DNA of 64,000 bases from Eledone cirrhosa (lineage: Eukaryota): assembly GCA_964016885.1 (NCBI GenBank), contig OZ024740.1, positions 80,042,001-80,106,000 on the forward strand, read 5' to 3'. The notes below the pieces were generated by a model. It was not told where the DNA came from and did not search any database. It saw nothing but the letters and a program-made list of their open reading frames with translations. The position numbers and the translations under genes were made by a program. Below, in pieces: positions 12,760-25,632 of the stretch (position 1 is its first letter; each line of letters opens with the position of its first letter).

Positions 12760-13430
12760 TTACTGCAGTTTCCTTCTACTGGTATTTCTTGGCATTTCTT
12801 CACCCATTGATCATCACATGTCCATAGCAGTGTAATCTTTTCTCCTATACACTACATCTGATTTCTCTTATACCCAGTTTTCTCTCAGCTCATACATGCT
12901 TCATCAATTCATGCAGATTAACCCTTTAGCATTTAAACCTGCCATATTTGGCCAGAATTCTCTCACCTCTTTCTGTTGAAACTGGTCATAACCAGCTGCT
13001 CATACTTATGTAAAGTTATTCTTCTCAAAAGAAATAATGTAAACATCTCATAGATTCAATATTATGTGGGATAATTATGTGAGATAAAGTGTTTACTGTG
13101 AAAATACAATAGTAAATATAGATTAATGTAAATGCTAAAGGGTTAATGTAGTACATCCATCAGAGCATGCTTGCTTCATTTCTTTCCAATTTTTTAATAT
13201 CATCTATATTCAATGCCCATGTCTCACAACCATGTAACAGCAGACATTACACACTGGCATCATACAGCCAGCTTTTTTTTTTCATAGAGAGAAACCTTTG
13301 GTAGCTCCCTGGACCTATTCCAGCCTGTTCTTGTTCTAGCTACTATGTTCTCAAAGCAATCTCCTGCACTACTAATTAGATGACCTAGGTAGCAGAAGCT
13401 ATCAACTACTTCTTAGGGCCCTTCCAAGGA
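12760..13430 (-). mobile_element. Degenerate RTE fragment carrying a nested TTAA MITE
   Basis: Recognisable 'cctaggtagcagaagct' (SFCYLG) and 'catccatcagagcatgc' (MLRWM) segments on the minus strand. Confidence 0.7.
12918..13146. mobile_element. Intact TTAA MITE (piggyBac-type termini)
   Basis: TTAA-CCCTTTAGCATTTA ... TAAATGCTAAAGGG-TTAA: perfect 14-bp TIRs plus TTAA TSD. Confidence 0.9.
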
Positions 13431-13872
13431 TTGGAAAATGTTTATTTCATTGGGACAGAGGTAGTGAGAGCAGACCTCAGGATACTGAACCACATAAAGT
13501 AGATGTTAAAGGAATAAGACAAATGTAGGTATGCTGTACTGGAGAGGGCTTATCTCATTCCTGCAAGCCTGGAGAAACAGATATAAAAATGAAGATGATG
13601 ATGAATCTGCAGATAGTAATAAGTGTCTTTTATACGAGTATTTGAGAATAGCTCAGTTATTTTAAGTTAATGAAAGAATTTTTATGTGATCATTCACCCT
13701 CACAAAAAACAAAAAATAAAAATTGGATAATGTAGCCCTAGAAACCCTTAAAAGTATAGGATGGTCATGGTTGGAATGACTTTGATTATAAAGTTTGGGT
13801 TGATTGAGTAGATTTATGATTTATAATTAACTGGAGAACTATTGTAAATCTGTTTATATGAATATATACATG

Positions 13873-16800
13873 TCATCATCATCATCATCGTCACCGTTTT
13901 ACGTCCGTTCTTCCACGCTAGCATGGGTTAGACGGGTTGTCCTGTTGTGGGCAGTGTCTGGTTGGCTGACCATGCCTTGCTCATACAGGAACTGATCTGG
14001 CTTGATTTCTACAGCTGGATGCCCTTCCTAACACCAACCTCATTTACAGTGAGTGCTGGGTGCTTTTTCGTGGCGCCTACACGTCCACTTTACAGTGTGG
14101 GCTGGGTGCTTTTTTGCCGTGGCACCTCCACGACCACCTTGCGGTGGGGGCATATTGTCTATATGCTTCAGCTTGTACCCATGGGAGGTCGGGTACTCTG
14201 TATTACTGCGTGACGCCAGAAGTCACGGTCGTGTGTCATTGCCTTTGAGAGGTGTAATTGGGTAAGTTCGGCTTTTATCACCTCATCCCAGGTCATCTTG
14301 GGTCTCCCCACTCTGCGGTTTCCATCAACTTCTAGTGCTCTGCACCTTTTTATGCAGCTGTCATCCTTCATACGCATCACATGTCCATACCAGCGCAACC
14401 GCCTCTCCTGCACACAGCATTTGATTCCTCTTATGCTCAGTCTCTCTCTCAATTCATTTATGCTTTGTCGTTCACATATATTACTGTTACACATCCATCG
14501 GAGCATGCAGGCTTCGTTTCTCTCTAATCTACGTAAGTCTTCCACCTTCAGCGCCCAGGTCTCACTACCATGCAGCATTGCTGTTCGGATACACGCATCA
14601 TACAGTCTGCCTTTCATTCTGAGGGAGAAGCCTTTTGCAGCTAGCAGTGGTAGTAGTTCCCTAAACTTCTTCCATCCCGTTCTTACCCTAGTTATTGTAC
14701 TTTCTGAACACCCACCTCCGCTGCTAATTCAGTCACCTAGGTAGCAGAAGCTGTCTACTGTCTCTACAGAGCCCTCCCAGAGATTGGTGGTACTTGTTTC
14801 CTGTGGCTGTTTGCTGCTTGCTGTCTCAGCACAACTGCTGCATGTGAATCCTACATTCTTAATTAAGCTTCCTGAGATCCCGCTACATCTCTTGTGTACC
14901 CATTGTTTGCATTTGGGGCAGAGAATGGAGTTCCTACCTACACCTTTCCTACATACTGAGCAAGGCCATTTCCCTGAGGGGATCTGGGTTCTGTTTTCTC
15001 GTCTACTTACAAGGACCTTAGTCTTTGTCATGTTGACTTTGAGACCCTTTCTTTCTAGTCCCTGCTTCCAAGTTTGGAATTTCTTCTCTAGTTCTACCAT
15101 AGATTCAGCTATGAGTGCGAGGTCATCAGCATACAGGAGTTCTCATGGGCATCCGGTCTTAAACTCCTCCGTTATTGCCTGCAGGACTATGATGAACAGG
15201 ATGGGGCTAAGAACAGAGCCCTGGTGGACCCCAACCTGTACGCTAAATTCCTCGCTATACTCATTGCTAATCGTAACTTTGCTGACTGCCCCCCTATACA
15301 TGGCTTGTACCGCTTTCACAAGCCATTCATCTACTCCTAGTTTTCTAAGAGCCCACCAGATTACAGCACGTGGAACTCTGTCAAAGGCTTTCTCGAGGTC
15401 GACAAATGCCAAGTAGAGTGGCTTACTTTTAGCTAGGTACTTTTCCTGTAATTGCCTCACAAGGAAGAGGGCATCAGTGGTGCCTCTTCCTGGTACAAAC
15501 CCAAATTGCATCTCGTCTATTTTCACCCGGTCCCTAATCAACTGTGCTATAACTCTTTCTGTTACTTTCATGACCTGGTCCATCAACTTTATACCTCTAT
15601 AGTTTCCTCTATCTAGTGCATCGCCTTTACCTTTGTAGCAGTTGACAATGATGCTACTGCACCAATCTTTTGGTATGACACCTTCTAGTATTACCTGGTT
15701 AACAATACGTGTGGTTATAGTGTGACCTACAGACCCAGATGCCTTCAGCATATCGGCAGCTATACCCGATGGACCGGCTGCCTTCCCCATCTTCATATCT
15801 TTGATTGCCTTACTTACTACGCTGCTGCTGACTTGTACTGCTGGCCCCTCTATAGGGTCTACTTGGGGTAGGGTCTCTTCTTCCCATGCATTCTCCTCAT
15901 TTAGTAATCTATCATAATGACTCTTCCATGCATCTTTCTTCTCAGCACTTGTGAGGGCAAGCTCACCTTTATCATTCTGGATACACTTCTCTCCAATGAC
16001 ATCACAACTATCTCTGACACACTGCCTCGCAATCTTGAATACCTCATGTTTCTGGTCCTTGCGTTGCAAAACATGCTTGAATTTTCTATCCTCTGCTTCC
16101 CTCCTAGCTAAGTATACTTGTCGCCTAGCTTCCCTCTTGGACTCTATGTAATGTACCCTGCTCCCCCCGTTCTTCCATTCTTTCCATGCCTGTCTCTTGG
16201 CCTTAACTGCTTCATCTACCTTATTGTTCCACCACCAAGTCACTCTCCTCTTGCTTGAGGTCTTACTCCAGCCACAGACCTCATCCGTCGCCTCTAGTAA
16301 ATTATTTTTTAGGAACTCCCAGTTCTCTTCTACATTAAATGTCTCTATCTGTTCTTCTTTACTGTTGTAGGCTTTGAGTAAAATATCTTTAAATCTGTTA
16401 CTGGTTGAGGGGACTTTCAGCTTCCAGATCTTTCTTCTCCAGGTTGGCCTCTGTTTCCAGGTTCGTCTAGTTCTGACCGTGAGGTCGCTGACAACTAAGC
16501 TATGTTGGGATGTACATTCCTCACTAGGGAAAGCTTTTGTGTTTACGACCGTCCATCTGTCACGTCCTCTGATGAGGATAAAATCTATCTGACTAGAGTG
16601 CTCCCCTGATCTATAGGTGATCAGGTGGTTGTCAGGTTTTTTAAAGTTTGTGTTACATATTGACATGTCATTGGCGTCGCAGAATTCTAGAAGTCTGAAT
16701 CCTTCTTCATTCCTTGTGCCAACCCCATGGCCTCCATGTACTTTATTGAAGCCGTCGCAGTTTTTACCTACGTGTCCGTTAAAATATCCTGCGATGATTA

Positions 16801-17290
16801 GGAAGTCATTGTCGTCTGTTAGAGCAGTAGTGTGCATTAGGGACTCGTAAAACCTATCCTTAAGTTCGTCTGGCAGCCCCGATTGGGGTGTGTAAGCTGA
16901 TATTATTGTGGTAATTGTTTTATTCAGGACTAGTCTGAGTTTAATGATTCTTGCATTTACCCTGTACACTGAGATTACTTTATCTACCCACTTGTCAGCT
17001 AGTAGTATACCTACAGCACCCATCCCATCGTCATTTCCCACCCAGAAAAATTTGTAGCACCGACTTTTTCCTACCAGGACTCTGGCAGACTCTCCTCTCC
17101 ATCTAGTCTCTTGCACACAGCATACATCAATTTCCTTTCGCTCTAGCATTTCTACGATTTCTCCTGCTCTTCCTTTCATTGAGCCTACATTGATGGTACC
17201 AACTCGGAGTTTTGGGCATTTATCGACACTCGTAGGGAAGGGTCTCTGGATTGGCGCTTCACATGGGTGCTTGGTAGCTCGCAGATTCAT
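13873..17290 (-). mobile_element. RTE family A, near full-length copy (APE endonuclease + RT + PHD), two nonsense mutations
   Basis: ORFs 15143-17290, 14729-15100 and 14168-14617 are in one frame, separated by TGG>TGA and CGA>TGA stops relative to other copies. APE motifs (VQETRW, FNGHVG, IDFIL, SQH) and RT motifs (QFGF, DLEKAFD, VHQGSVLSP, YADD) are present. Confidence 0.96.
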
Positions 17291-17599
17291 ATTTCATCTA
17301 TTGATTCAGAGTTGTATATAAGTATTATTGTGTAGAAGTCATTTTAGCTATTTTAAGCACACAAAACCTGTTAATTTTATTTTATATACAGTGTCCCATA
17401 TTTATTAGATTGCTGTTTAAGTGTGTATACATGTTTTTGGGACATCCTGTATATATCATTTATTTCTTGCCATCATAGATTTCATCTCACTGTCACAGTT
17501 TCACTGCAGGATCGTAGCATGATGATAGTTACAGCTATGAGGAAGTTGGTGCTGCATGGTAGAGAGAGATGCATGAAAAATATATCTATATATATATAT

Positions 17600-18015
17600 G
17601 TGTCATCACCATCGTTTTTATACCCGCTTTTCCATGCTTGCATGGGTTGGACAAGTCCTTCTTAGCATGGCATCTCTCCACATGTTGCAATCCTTTGTTA
17701 TCCCCTCTGTGATTCTCAGTGATTTGAGGTCAGGTCTCACCACCTCTGCCCAGAGCTTTCTTGGTCTACCTCTACTGCAGCTTCTTTCCACTGGCATTTC
17801 CTGGCACTTCTTCACCAAATGATGACTTTGCATCACATGTCCAAACCAATGCAGTCTTCTCTTCTGCACACCACTTCAGATTCCTCTTAAAGTCAGCTTC
17901 TCCCTCAACTCGTCCAAGCTCTACTTTTCTCTCACATCCAACAAAGCATGGTTGCTTCATTTCTCTCGCCAGTGTATGCATGTCTTCTGCAGTTACTGCC
18001 CATGTTCACTATCGT
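17600..18015 (-). mobile_element. Degenerate RTE 3' fragment
   Basis: ORF 17618-17869 RRLHWFGHVM...RGRPRK.W. RTE-type terminal CCATGCAAGCATGG hairpin and GAT tail. Confidence 0.8.
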
Positions 18016-18262
18016 GCAGCATATACACACACACAGACATATATATAATATCAGATCTTCCTCGGTATGCATATTACTCTCAGTTTGTGATCAATTTTTC
18101 ATCAGTCATTTAATGTAATGTTCTATCTTTATTAAAAGAATTGAAACTTCCATATTTTATGTTAGCAATAATGAGATGTGTTCTGTTCTATACCTTTCTT
18201 ATTTCTAATCTTTTAGTATAACCATTCTTTAACTTTGATACATTTTCTGATGAAACTTTCAG

Positions 18263-18378
18263 GCTGTATTCAAGAATTATGATCATGACAAAGATGGCTT
18301 CATCTGTAATGCTGAGTTTGAAGCAATTGCTGGAAATTTTCCATTTATTGATTCCTTTTGTGTCCTTGATGCTGACAA
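18263..18378 (+). CDS. RASGRP: RasGRP exon C, EF hand 1 and start of EF hand 2 ([38 protein letters not shown])
   Basis: tttcag / gtaag, 116 nt, phase 0/2. Canonical EF loop [12 protein letters not shown] followed by the RasGRP NFPF..SFCVLD motif. Confidence 0.95.
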
Positions 18379-18669
18379 GTAAGAACATGTGCATTGCCAT
18401 TAGTTTGTAAAACAGTTTTATATTTTCAAAAACTATTTCTTTGAGATTATAATTTTGGGTTTTATAAACCCCATCTTAAGAATTATGTGTATACATATAT
18501 ATATAGTAATAATAATAGTAATAATAATAAATGTGAAGACTAAAATCCAAAGAGGGCTCAATAAGGATAAATATATATCAAATATATAAGAACCCTAGAG
18601 CAAATATTTATTAAAATAACAGATTAAAGTTTAAGCAAAGAATCGCTGCTTTCACCCATATATATATAT

Positions 18670-19600
18670 ATTTATTTTTATTTATTTATTTTAATTTATT
18701 TATATTAATTTATTTATTTATATTTATTTATTTATATTTATTTATTTATTAGTTTTAATTTATTTGTTTTAATTTTTTTGTTTTAATTTATTTATTCATT
18801 TATCATTTTAAATGTCCATATGGAGCTAGTAAGCCACGATAGACTAGGGGAAGTAATAAGTACTCCTTACAATTAAGGAACAAAAAGAAAAGAAGGACAG
18901 AGAGAAAAAAAAAGGTCAACGGGAGATAAAAGAAGCATAAATAAAATAAAAAAATGAATGAAAACCAAAGGCAGATATAAAGCAGCTAAAAGTTTTTGTT
19001 GAATCTTTGTAACCTCCATATACTGAAAGATCTTGTTTATAGATGGTAGATCTTTGACAATATCAGACCTGTCAACTCTCCTCATCCAACAGGGAGATCT
19101 CCCACCCACTTTCGGATATGTGAGAGATGTCTTCTCTTATGGGTATAGCTTTCATTATGTAAAATCTCCACATTTTGCTTCATTTCTCTCTGTTTTGGGA
19201 CACTTTTTTTCACGGTACTCCCCATTTGGGTTTTTAGAGTTTGGCAGGTCAGCAATATATTGTACCCCCAATCTTGGTGGATCTTTTTATTGATCAGCTT
19301 AAAGATGTCCTTTCTCTCACACTGGTAGTTGCTGCATTGAAACAAATAAGACCAAAGAGTTTCTGGGAAGTTCCCACATGAACATAGAAGTGGTTCTATA
19401 TGACCAATTCTTGATAAAATATACTTCAATGGTGTATGGCCCATTTGAAGCCAGCATAGTCTTTGTTTAACATTATTCACATCCTCACACCACATGTATA
19501 AGTGTAAGGAGGGGTACAAGGGAAAGGAAATGAGCCCAATCATCAGATTTGACCAAGGAATTTTTGATTCCATTCGTCTTTTCATTGCTGATATTATCTG
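18670..19600 (-). mobile_element. I-group (I/Nimb/Ingi-like) LINE 3' fragment with C-terminal zinc knuckle and (TAAA)n tail
   Basis: ORF 19082-19585 contains L.MGHTPL...L.RI....CSCG..PET...LFQC..Y..ER. The (TTTA)n tract at ~18670-18810 fits a minus-strand tail. Confidence 0.6.
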
Positions 19601-20717
19601 CCAATCTCAGCTTCGGGTTGAAGCACCATGACTTTTTGGATGGTATGAGGTGAATTTGAACTTAGAATGTATAAAGCTGGAATAGACATCCCAAAGTATC
19701 CCATCTAGTTTTATAACAATTTTATCAATCCACTACTACCTCTGGACTGGTAATTTGTTTATCAACCTTCGAAAGAATGAAAGGCAAGCAAAGTTGAGCT
19801 CAGTAAGATTTGTACTTGGAGCACAGAGAGCTAAGACACACACTGAGGCATTTAATCTGATCTAACAATTTTGCCAAAAACTGGCATAACACATAAAACC
19901 AGCTTACTTTCTATGGCGCTGTGTAAATATAAACTGTGACAAATGTTTAAGTTCTAATAAGTTAATATTTTTGAATATTATAATTGTATTAACTAACTGG
20001 TCTGAAATAGCTAGATATCGTACCAGGGCTATAAGAAGAGGATATAGTTGGTACATTAATTTAGGGTTTGGAGTCAAAAACAGAGCTGCATGAACACCCA
20101 CCTACCCATCCACCCTAAAAAAACAAAAAACAAAAACATGAACTTACTTATTCTGTTTTTGCAAAATTTCTTTCTGAGGCCCTGATTGTACATATGTGAA
20201 TGATTTAGTAGGTAACATTATTCACCTTTGTTTCAAAATAAAAGTTCCTAGTGCAAATTCAGTCTGGTACTATGCATGTATCTAGGAATAAGGTACCTTA
20301 TGGTGATTGAAGACCAAATTGATTGAAATACAGTAAGCATTTTAAGGCTCTTTTCGTGGGGTTAGTTTTGTGGGCCACATGCCATTATAGGGTCCTTTTT
20401 TTGAAGCAATATTTTATGACTGGGTGCTTTTCCTAGCACTATCCCTTTTAATCGCCTCGTATAACATACAGGGATATAGTGTACTTATTCTAAACTGGAT
20501 GGCAATGTAGTTTAGATATAAATATTTCTAAAAATATTAATCTCATTAAAAACAATTTATCTTAGACATATAGACATTTTTTTTTTTTTTTGTTTAATAT
20601 GTTTCTATTCTAACATATTTTTTAAAATTTAGCTATTTACATATTATTTAGGTGAAATTATTCGAGTGGCTCTCTCATTCTATTTATTTCTATGTCCCTC
20701 TCTTTTTTTCTCTCCAG

Positions 20718-20856
20718 GGATGGTATGATCAGCAAATCTGAAATGAAAACCTATTTTATACGTGCCAACTGCCATTCACTAAGAAGCAGCTTTAAACATG
20801 ATTTTCATGAGAAAACCTATTTTCAACCCACATTTTGTACCCACTGTACAGGGCTG
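20718..20856 (+). CDS. RASGRP: RasGRP exon D, EF hand 2 and N-half of C1 domain (KDGMISKSEMKTYFIRAN...HDFHEKTYFQPTFCTHCTGL)
   Basis: tctctccag / gtgagt, 139 nt, phase 2/0. Split codon AA+G = Lys keeps the frame. Confidence 0.95.
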
Positions 20857-21049
20857 GTGAGTTTCTTAAAGCTGATTATTGATTATAAAAATTTCAACCT
20901 TTTGTTTTTTGCTTTTATTGTACATACACATATTGCTTATGCTTGATTTGCTAGAAATAGCAGCCAAATTTCCCTCAAATTAGAAAAAGTACACATTGGG
21001 AAATGTAGTCCCTGATCATAAATTTACTTGTTTTAGTCTTCCCCTTCCC

Positions 21050-22640
21050 ACATAAATTTCTATCATTCCCTTCATGCATCCACCAAACCATTCTCATTTC
21101 TGTTCTTTCCAGCCTTATCTGCGGCTCCACATTCATCACCTCCATGTTTCACTCCCATAAATTATGGCATTCCTCACATATGCAACATACAATTTCAGTG
21201 ACACTACCCTTCTTATTAACACACCTCATAGTTCCTGGAACTTCTTCCATGCTCATTTTAAGATAGTGTTGCAGAGTTTGATCTTCCTTCTCCATTTAAC
21301 AAGTCTCTAAAGCAGCAAGATATTTTCATACCTTCCAAGATATCTTCACACCATTTCCAAGATCCAGCTCAACATATTCACCATCTCTAGTTCCCTCTAT
21401 AGACACTTTACAATTAAATGTAGCTGCCATATTATTTAATAATCTCCCTACATATATCATACATTCAATGGAGTTCACTCCAACACTCTTTCTATACACT
21501 GCACATGGCTAGCTTCCTGTTCTTTCCTTCTCACCAAATACTTTAACACTTGCCATCACCTTTATCTTTCCAATATTTATCTTCACTTCATACCTTTAAT
21601 CTTCATATATTTCTTCCACCCAGTGGCATGCAGAGGTTTAGTGATGCCCAGGGCCAACACCTTGATTGTATGTCCCTAGAACTCAAATATAGGTCTTAAT
21701 AAAGAGAAATATGAGGAAAGCACAGCACAATGTATGGACAGTTCAAACATAAAAATGACATTTTGTGCCATGCGTTACCTTGAACGATGTGCTGATCTAT
21801 AGGGCAGATGAACAAGCATATACATCATTGCCTAAGTTTGTCCAAACATAAGCTTTGCATTTCAAGTTACTATATTTCTCAGCTTTTTAATCTGGGTGGA
21901 AAACTGGCCACATATTTTGGATGGGTGCTTGAGAAATCTAAGTGGGTGTTGTACTCAGTAACCTTATTGAATGAAGAACTGTGCAGAACTCTTTGGTTGA
22001 AAGTCCCTTACCACCTGCCTTGATGTGGATGCCAAAGGCCATCACACAGCAACTTCCAAGGAAATCCCTCCTTTAAACTTCAAGCCAATATCTCCATCAC
22101 AACTACAAGTAAAGTAAGCTTAATACTGGTCCTTATTGCTCTCCAACCTTCTCTTCAAACATGTCACTGTTCCTCTCCTTCATGCTTATGACTGTATACA
22201 CTTTCTCATCACTACACTTACCAACCATTCCTTTGCTCATAATTCTCTCAGTGCGCATGTCACTACTTCACGTAAAATGCTATCGAAAGCTTTCTCCTAA
22301 CCAATAAACCCCCAAAACAGATTCTTCCTCTTGTTCCTCTACTTCTTCTGTAATCACCTCACAATAACATTTTTCATCAGTCATTTCTTTTCCCCACATA
22401 AATCCAAACTGCATTTAATCAATCTTTATTTTTTTTCCTTATTCTCATCTTTAACATCTTTCTAATAGCTTAATTGCTCCATATGAGCTACAGTCTACAT
22501 CATCTTTTTAGCTGTACTGAGGGATAAGATTACTCAATTCCCTGTCCATTGGAATACAGACGTCTTTCACCACCAACCTGCAGATCATAACCATTCTTTT
22601 TGCAGCCTGATTTCCTCTACCTTTATACTTTTCACCTGTC
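21050..22640 (-). mobile_element. Highly decayed RTE-like RT region interrupted by ~400 bp of unrelated sequence (~21620-22025)
   Basis: Minus-strand remnants of QFGF, VG..QG.VLS and E.RM.W motifs, with many stops. Confidence 0.45.
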
Positions 22641-22715
22641 CTTTCACTTTTCTTCTTTCTCATAGATAATTACTGTATAATATTACTTATTGCTGTATTT
22701 ATCTTCTTTTTCTAG

Positions 22716-22752
22716 CTTTGGGGCCTCATCAAACAAGGATGGAAATGTAAAG
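22716..22752 (+). CDS. RASGRP: RasGRP exon E, 37-nt micro-exon of the C1 domain (LWGLIKQGWKCK)
   Basis: tttttctag / gtaaat, phase 0/1. Supplies the C1 'LWGL.KQG..C' segment. Confidence 0.93.
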
Positions 22753-23625
22753 GTAAATATATATATTCATATATACTTTATTTTGTGTGTATGTACATGT
22801 GTGTGTGATACATGTGCATATGTGAACATGTGTATGTATGTATATATATATGATATTGATTTCTTATTTAGACACAAGGAGCCAGCAATTTTTGAAGGAT
22901 GGGAAATTTGATTAAATTGATTCCAGTAATTGATTGGTACTTTATTTTATCAACTCATCCAAATTGATCAGGGCACCAGATCAATGGGATATTACTAGAA
23001 TAGGTTACATAAACTGTGGGATTTCAAAAGGATTGGATAGTGATTGGAAAAAAATGACACGCGCACTCGAACAAATGAACGATGAAATAGTCCCCCTGTT
23101 ACGAGAGAACTTCCAAAAAGCTATGATTGAGAAACCCCATGGAACTATAGCCATCCTGACCACCAAGAGCAAGTACTCTCTCCAAGAAAAAAGAGCACCT
23201 TTTCACACCTAAAAACTCATGTTGAGAGTAGAATATTCATTCTTGCAATTTTGTCACATACCACCACTTTTTGAAGAAACCAGTGAAGGAAAATACTTCC
23301 CTCTCCACCTTCAGCCTCCTTTTGAGATGGGATTTGAAAAAAATCAATGTGATTTTGTTTAAAGATGTCTATCCTTAATCCTCTCAACCACATCCAACAT
23401 ATGTCCTTGTACTCTATAGCTCCTTGGCAGAGAAATACTGCCTGTTCTTCTCTTTTGAAGAAGGTGTGACAATCCTGATGGTTGACTCGGCTAATAGGTG
23501 GATTTATTTTTGCTGACTTTGGTTGCAAAAAATTGTTATGTTTGTGTCAATAAGATGATCATCTAACTGCTGGAAAAAACAAAATAATAGTAATAATAAT
23601 TTTAAATGTTTTTCCTTTTTATCAG

Positions 23626-23724
23626 ATTGCACTATCAATGTACATAAGCACTGTAAAGATATGGTTGTCATGGAATGTCGACCCAAATTAAACAGTCCAC
23701 GCAGACATGATTCTGTTTTTAATG
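23626..23724 (+). CDS. RASGRP: RasGRP exon F, C-half of C1 domain (DCTINVHKHCKDMVVMECRPKLNSPRRHDSVFN)
   Basis: tttttatcag / gtgagt, 99 nt, phase 1/1. Completes H-x12-C-x2-C-x13-C-x2-C-x4-H-x2-C-x7-C. Confidence 0.95.
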
Positions 23725-25441
23725 GTGAGTCTTCAGATGGAAATTATATTAACGTTTTTGATACCAGATTGCCTGAAACCAGGCCTGATTCTGAATTACA
23801 AAAATGTTTGTTTTAATTTCTTTTTTATCTAAAAATTCTTCATCATAATTCTATGTAAGAACTTGTATTAAGTTATGTTCCAAATACCAGTTTAATAATG
23901 GAAAAAATTATTTCATTAAATTCTTCAAAATTCTTGATTTTTTTCAAATTTATTTGAAAATCGTAAACTATCTTTCATTAGAAATATAGTAATGAAAGGG
24001 TTAATTGTAACTCCTCGTATTCTCTCTATAAGTATATATTCTTGCAAAATACTTATAATCCTGTCTTACTAAATTAGTGTGTTTCAAATTTTTTGCATTG
24101 ACATCACTCACCCTTTTCCACTCATTACTGCTCATCTTTAACTTGTTACTACAGAATATATTTATAGATTTTTAGTCGCTATGTATGTATAAATGGATGT
24201 AAACTCCTTTTCTTTCTGGACCAAAAATGAAAGATCAACTAATTCCAATCCTATGTTATGATTTCATCAGCAACTAAGTACCCTCTACTGTTTATAAATC
24301 TATGACTACTAAGGGCCTAAGTTTATCAAACACACCAATTTTCATATATACCTTATTTTTGGCAGTTAGTTCAATCAATAAATTACTGATGTATTAAGTA
24401 TTTTGTTTCAATGCTATATTATCTTACATAATATTATTTTTACCTAACAATAGGTATAGATAGATGAAAATATTGTCTTTATATATATCAGAAAAAGAGG
24501 TAACAACCAGATAAGGTTTAGTCCTTTTCTGGGGTATAGTCTATTGTAAAGTATAATATTGAAACAAACCACTGGAGTTTATTTATTAAACTAACTGCTA
24601 AGACTGCATTATATGTGCAAATCAGGTTATACAGTTTACTCAAGCTTTGAGTAATAGTAGCTTTATAAGTAGTGTCTTCATGGACAGACAGTATACATTG
24701 GTTGCTGATGAAATTCCAACACAGGATTAAAACAACTCCAGCCCATTTTGCTTTTTATGTCCATAAAGGTATTGTATTTAGTGCAAGGTGTTTATAACTT
24801 TCTGTATATATTGTGTTGATTAAAATATAGATAAGGAGGGCATCCGGTCATAGAAACCAAGCCAGAAACAGTTCTGTGTGAGCAAGACACGGTCACATGA
24901 CCCAACTTGCCTCAAATGGGACAGCCCGTCTAACCTATGCTAGCTTGGAAAAATGTATGTTAAACAATGATAACGATGATATATTCTATAGTACAATACA
25001 ACAGTATTTAGTTGAAGAAATATTGATAAAATTGAGACCTATAGATGGCTAACAGAATTATCAAAGCATTGATGATGGGCTTTTAAATAAATGAGGGACT
25101 TTTAACTAAATTTCAATGATAATTATAGGTTTGTTCACCAACTGCAATATAAAATAAATAAAAATTAGCAGACATCACAACTTTTTCTTTTGGACATCAT
25201 CATAAGTATATAGTGTCAATTATATAATCTTATTTATTTCGGTTTTAATGGTTTGATCTGGAGGAAAAGGTTGTGCCCATGACCTTACAGGATTTTCATC
25301 CTCTGAGACTTGGGTTAATTCAGTTAATTAAACAAGAATGTGTAGAACTTGTACAAAAGTTATAAATAATATTCCTAATTCTTTTTAAAAAAAACACTTT
25401 AGATGCATTTTATAACTTTAGATGCTACCTCTATTTCTCAG

Positions 25442-25632
25442 ATTCCGAATATGGTTGTTATAGCAGCAAACACCGACTGTTGCATGATTCAAAATCTCAT
25501 CGTAGTACACAGACTGACAGCGATCTCTTGATAACTACAAGCACAAAACCACTGAGTGAGGCACCTGTAAATGGTGAAGAATTCTATGAGGAACAATCTC
25601 TCCTTTATGACAGACTTTTGAAAGCTGAAGAG
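25442..25632 (+). CDS. RASGRP: RasGRP exon G, C-terminal tail with RSTQT motif and start of coiled coil (...SHRSTQTDSD...LYDRLLKAEE)
   Basis: tttctcag / gtaagt, 191 nt, phase 1/0, stop-free in the required frame. An alternative in-frame acceptor exists at 25403. Confidence 0.8.

Noticed and set aside
14298-16850. Recurrent antisense ORFs over RTE copies (MGLPTPRF..., MVVLVSCG..., MGSVWSADH...)
   Set aside because: They recur only because the element is repeated, and have no recognisable domains. They are shadows of the RT frame or UTR.
22934-23570. ORFs between exons E and F as extra host exons
   Set aside because: Exons E and F join directly to complete the C1 domain. The minus-strand part resembles the Tx1-like LINE 3' region and the plus ORF lacks support.
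24699-24745. Hammerhead-like GGTTG-CTGATGA...GGATTAAAAC..TC-CAGCC
   Set aside because: Stem I and II are plausible but the GAAA core is mutated and stem III cannot pair. At most a relic.
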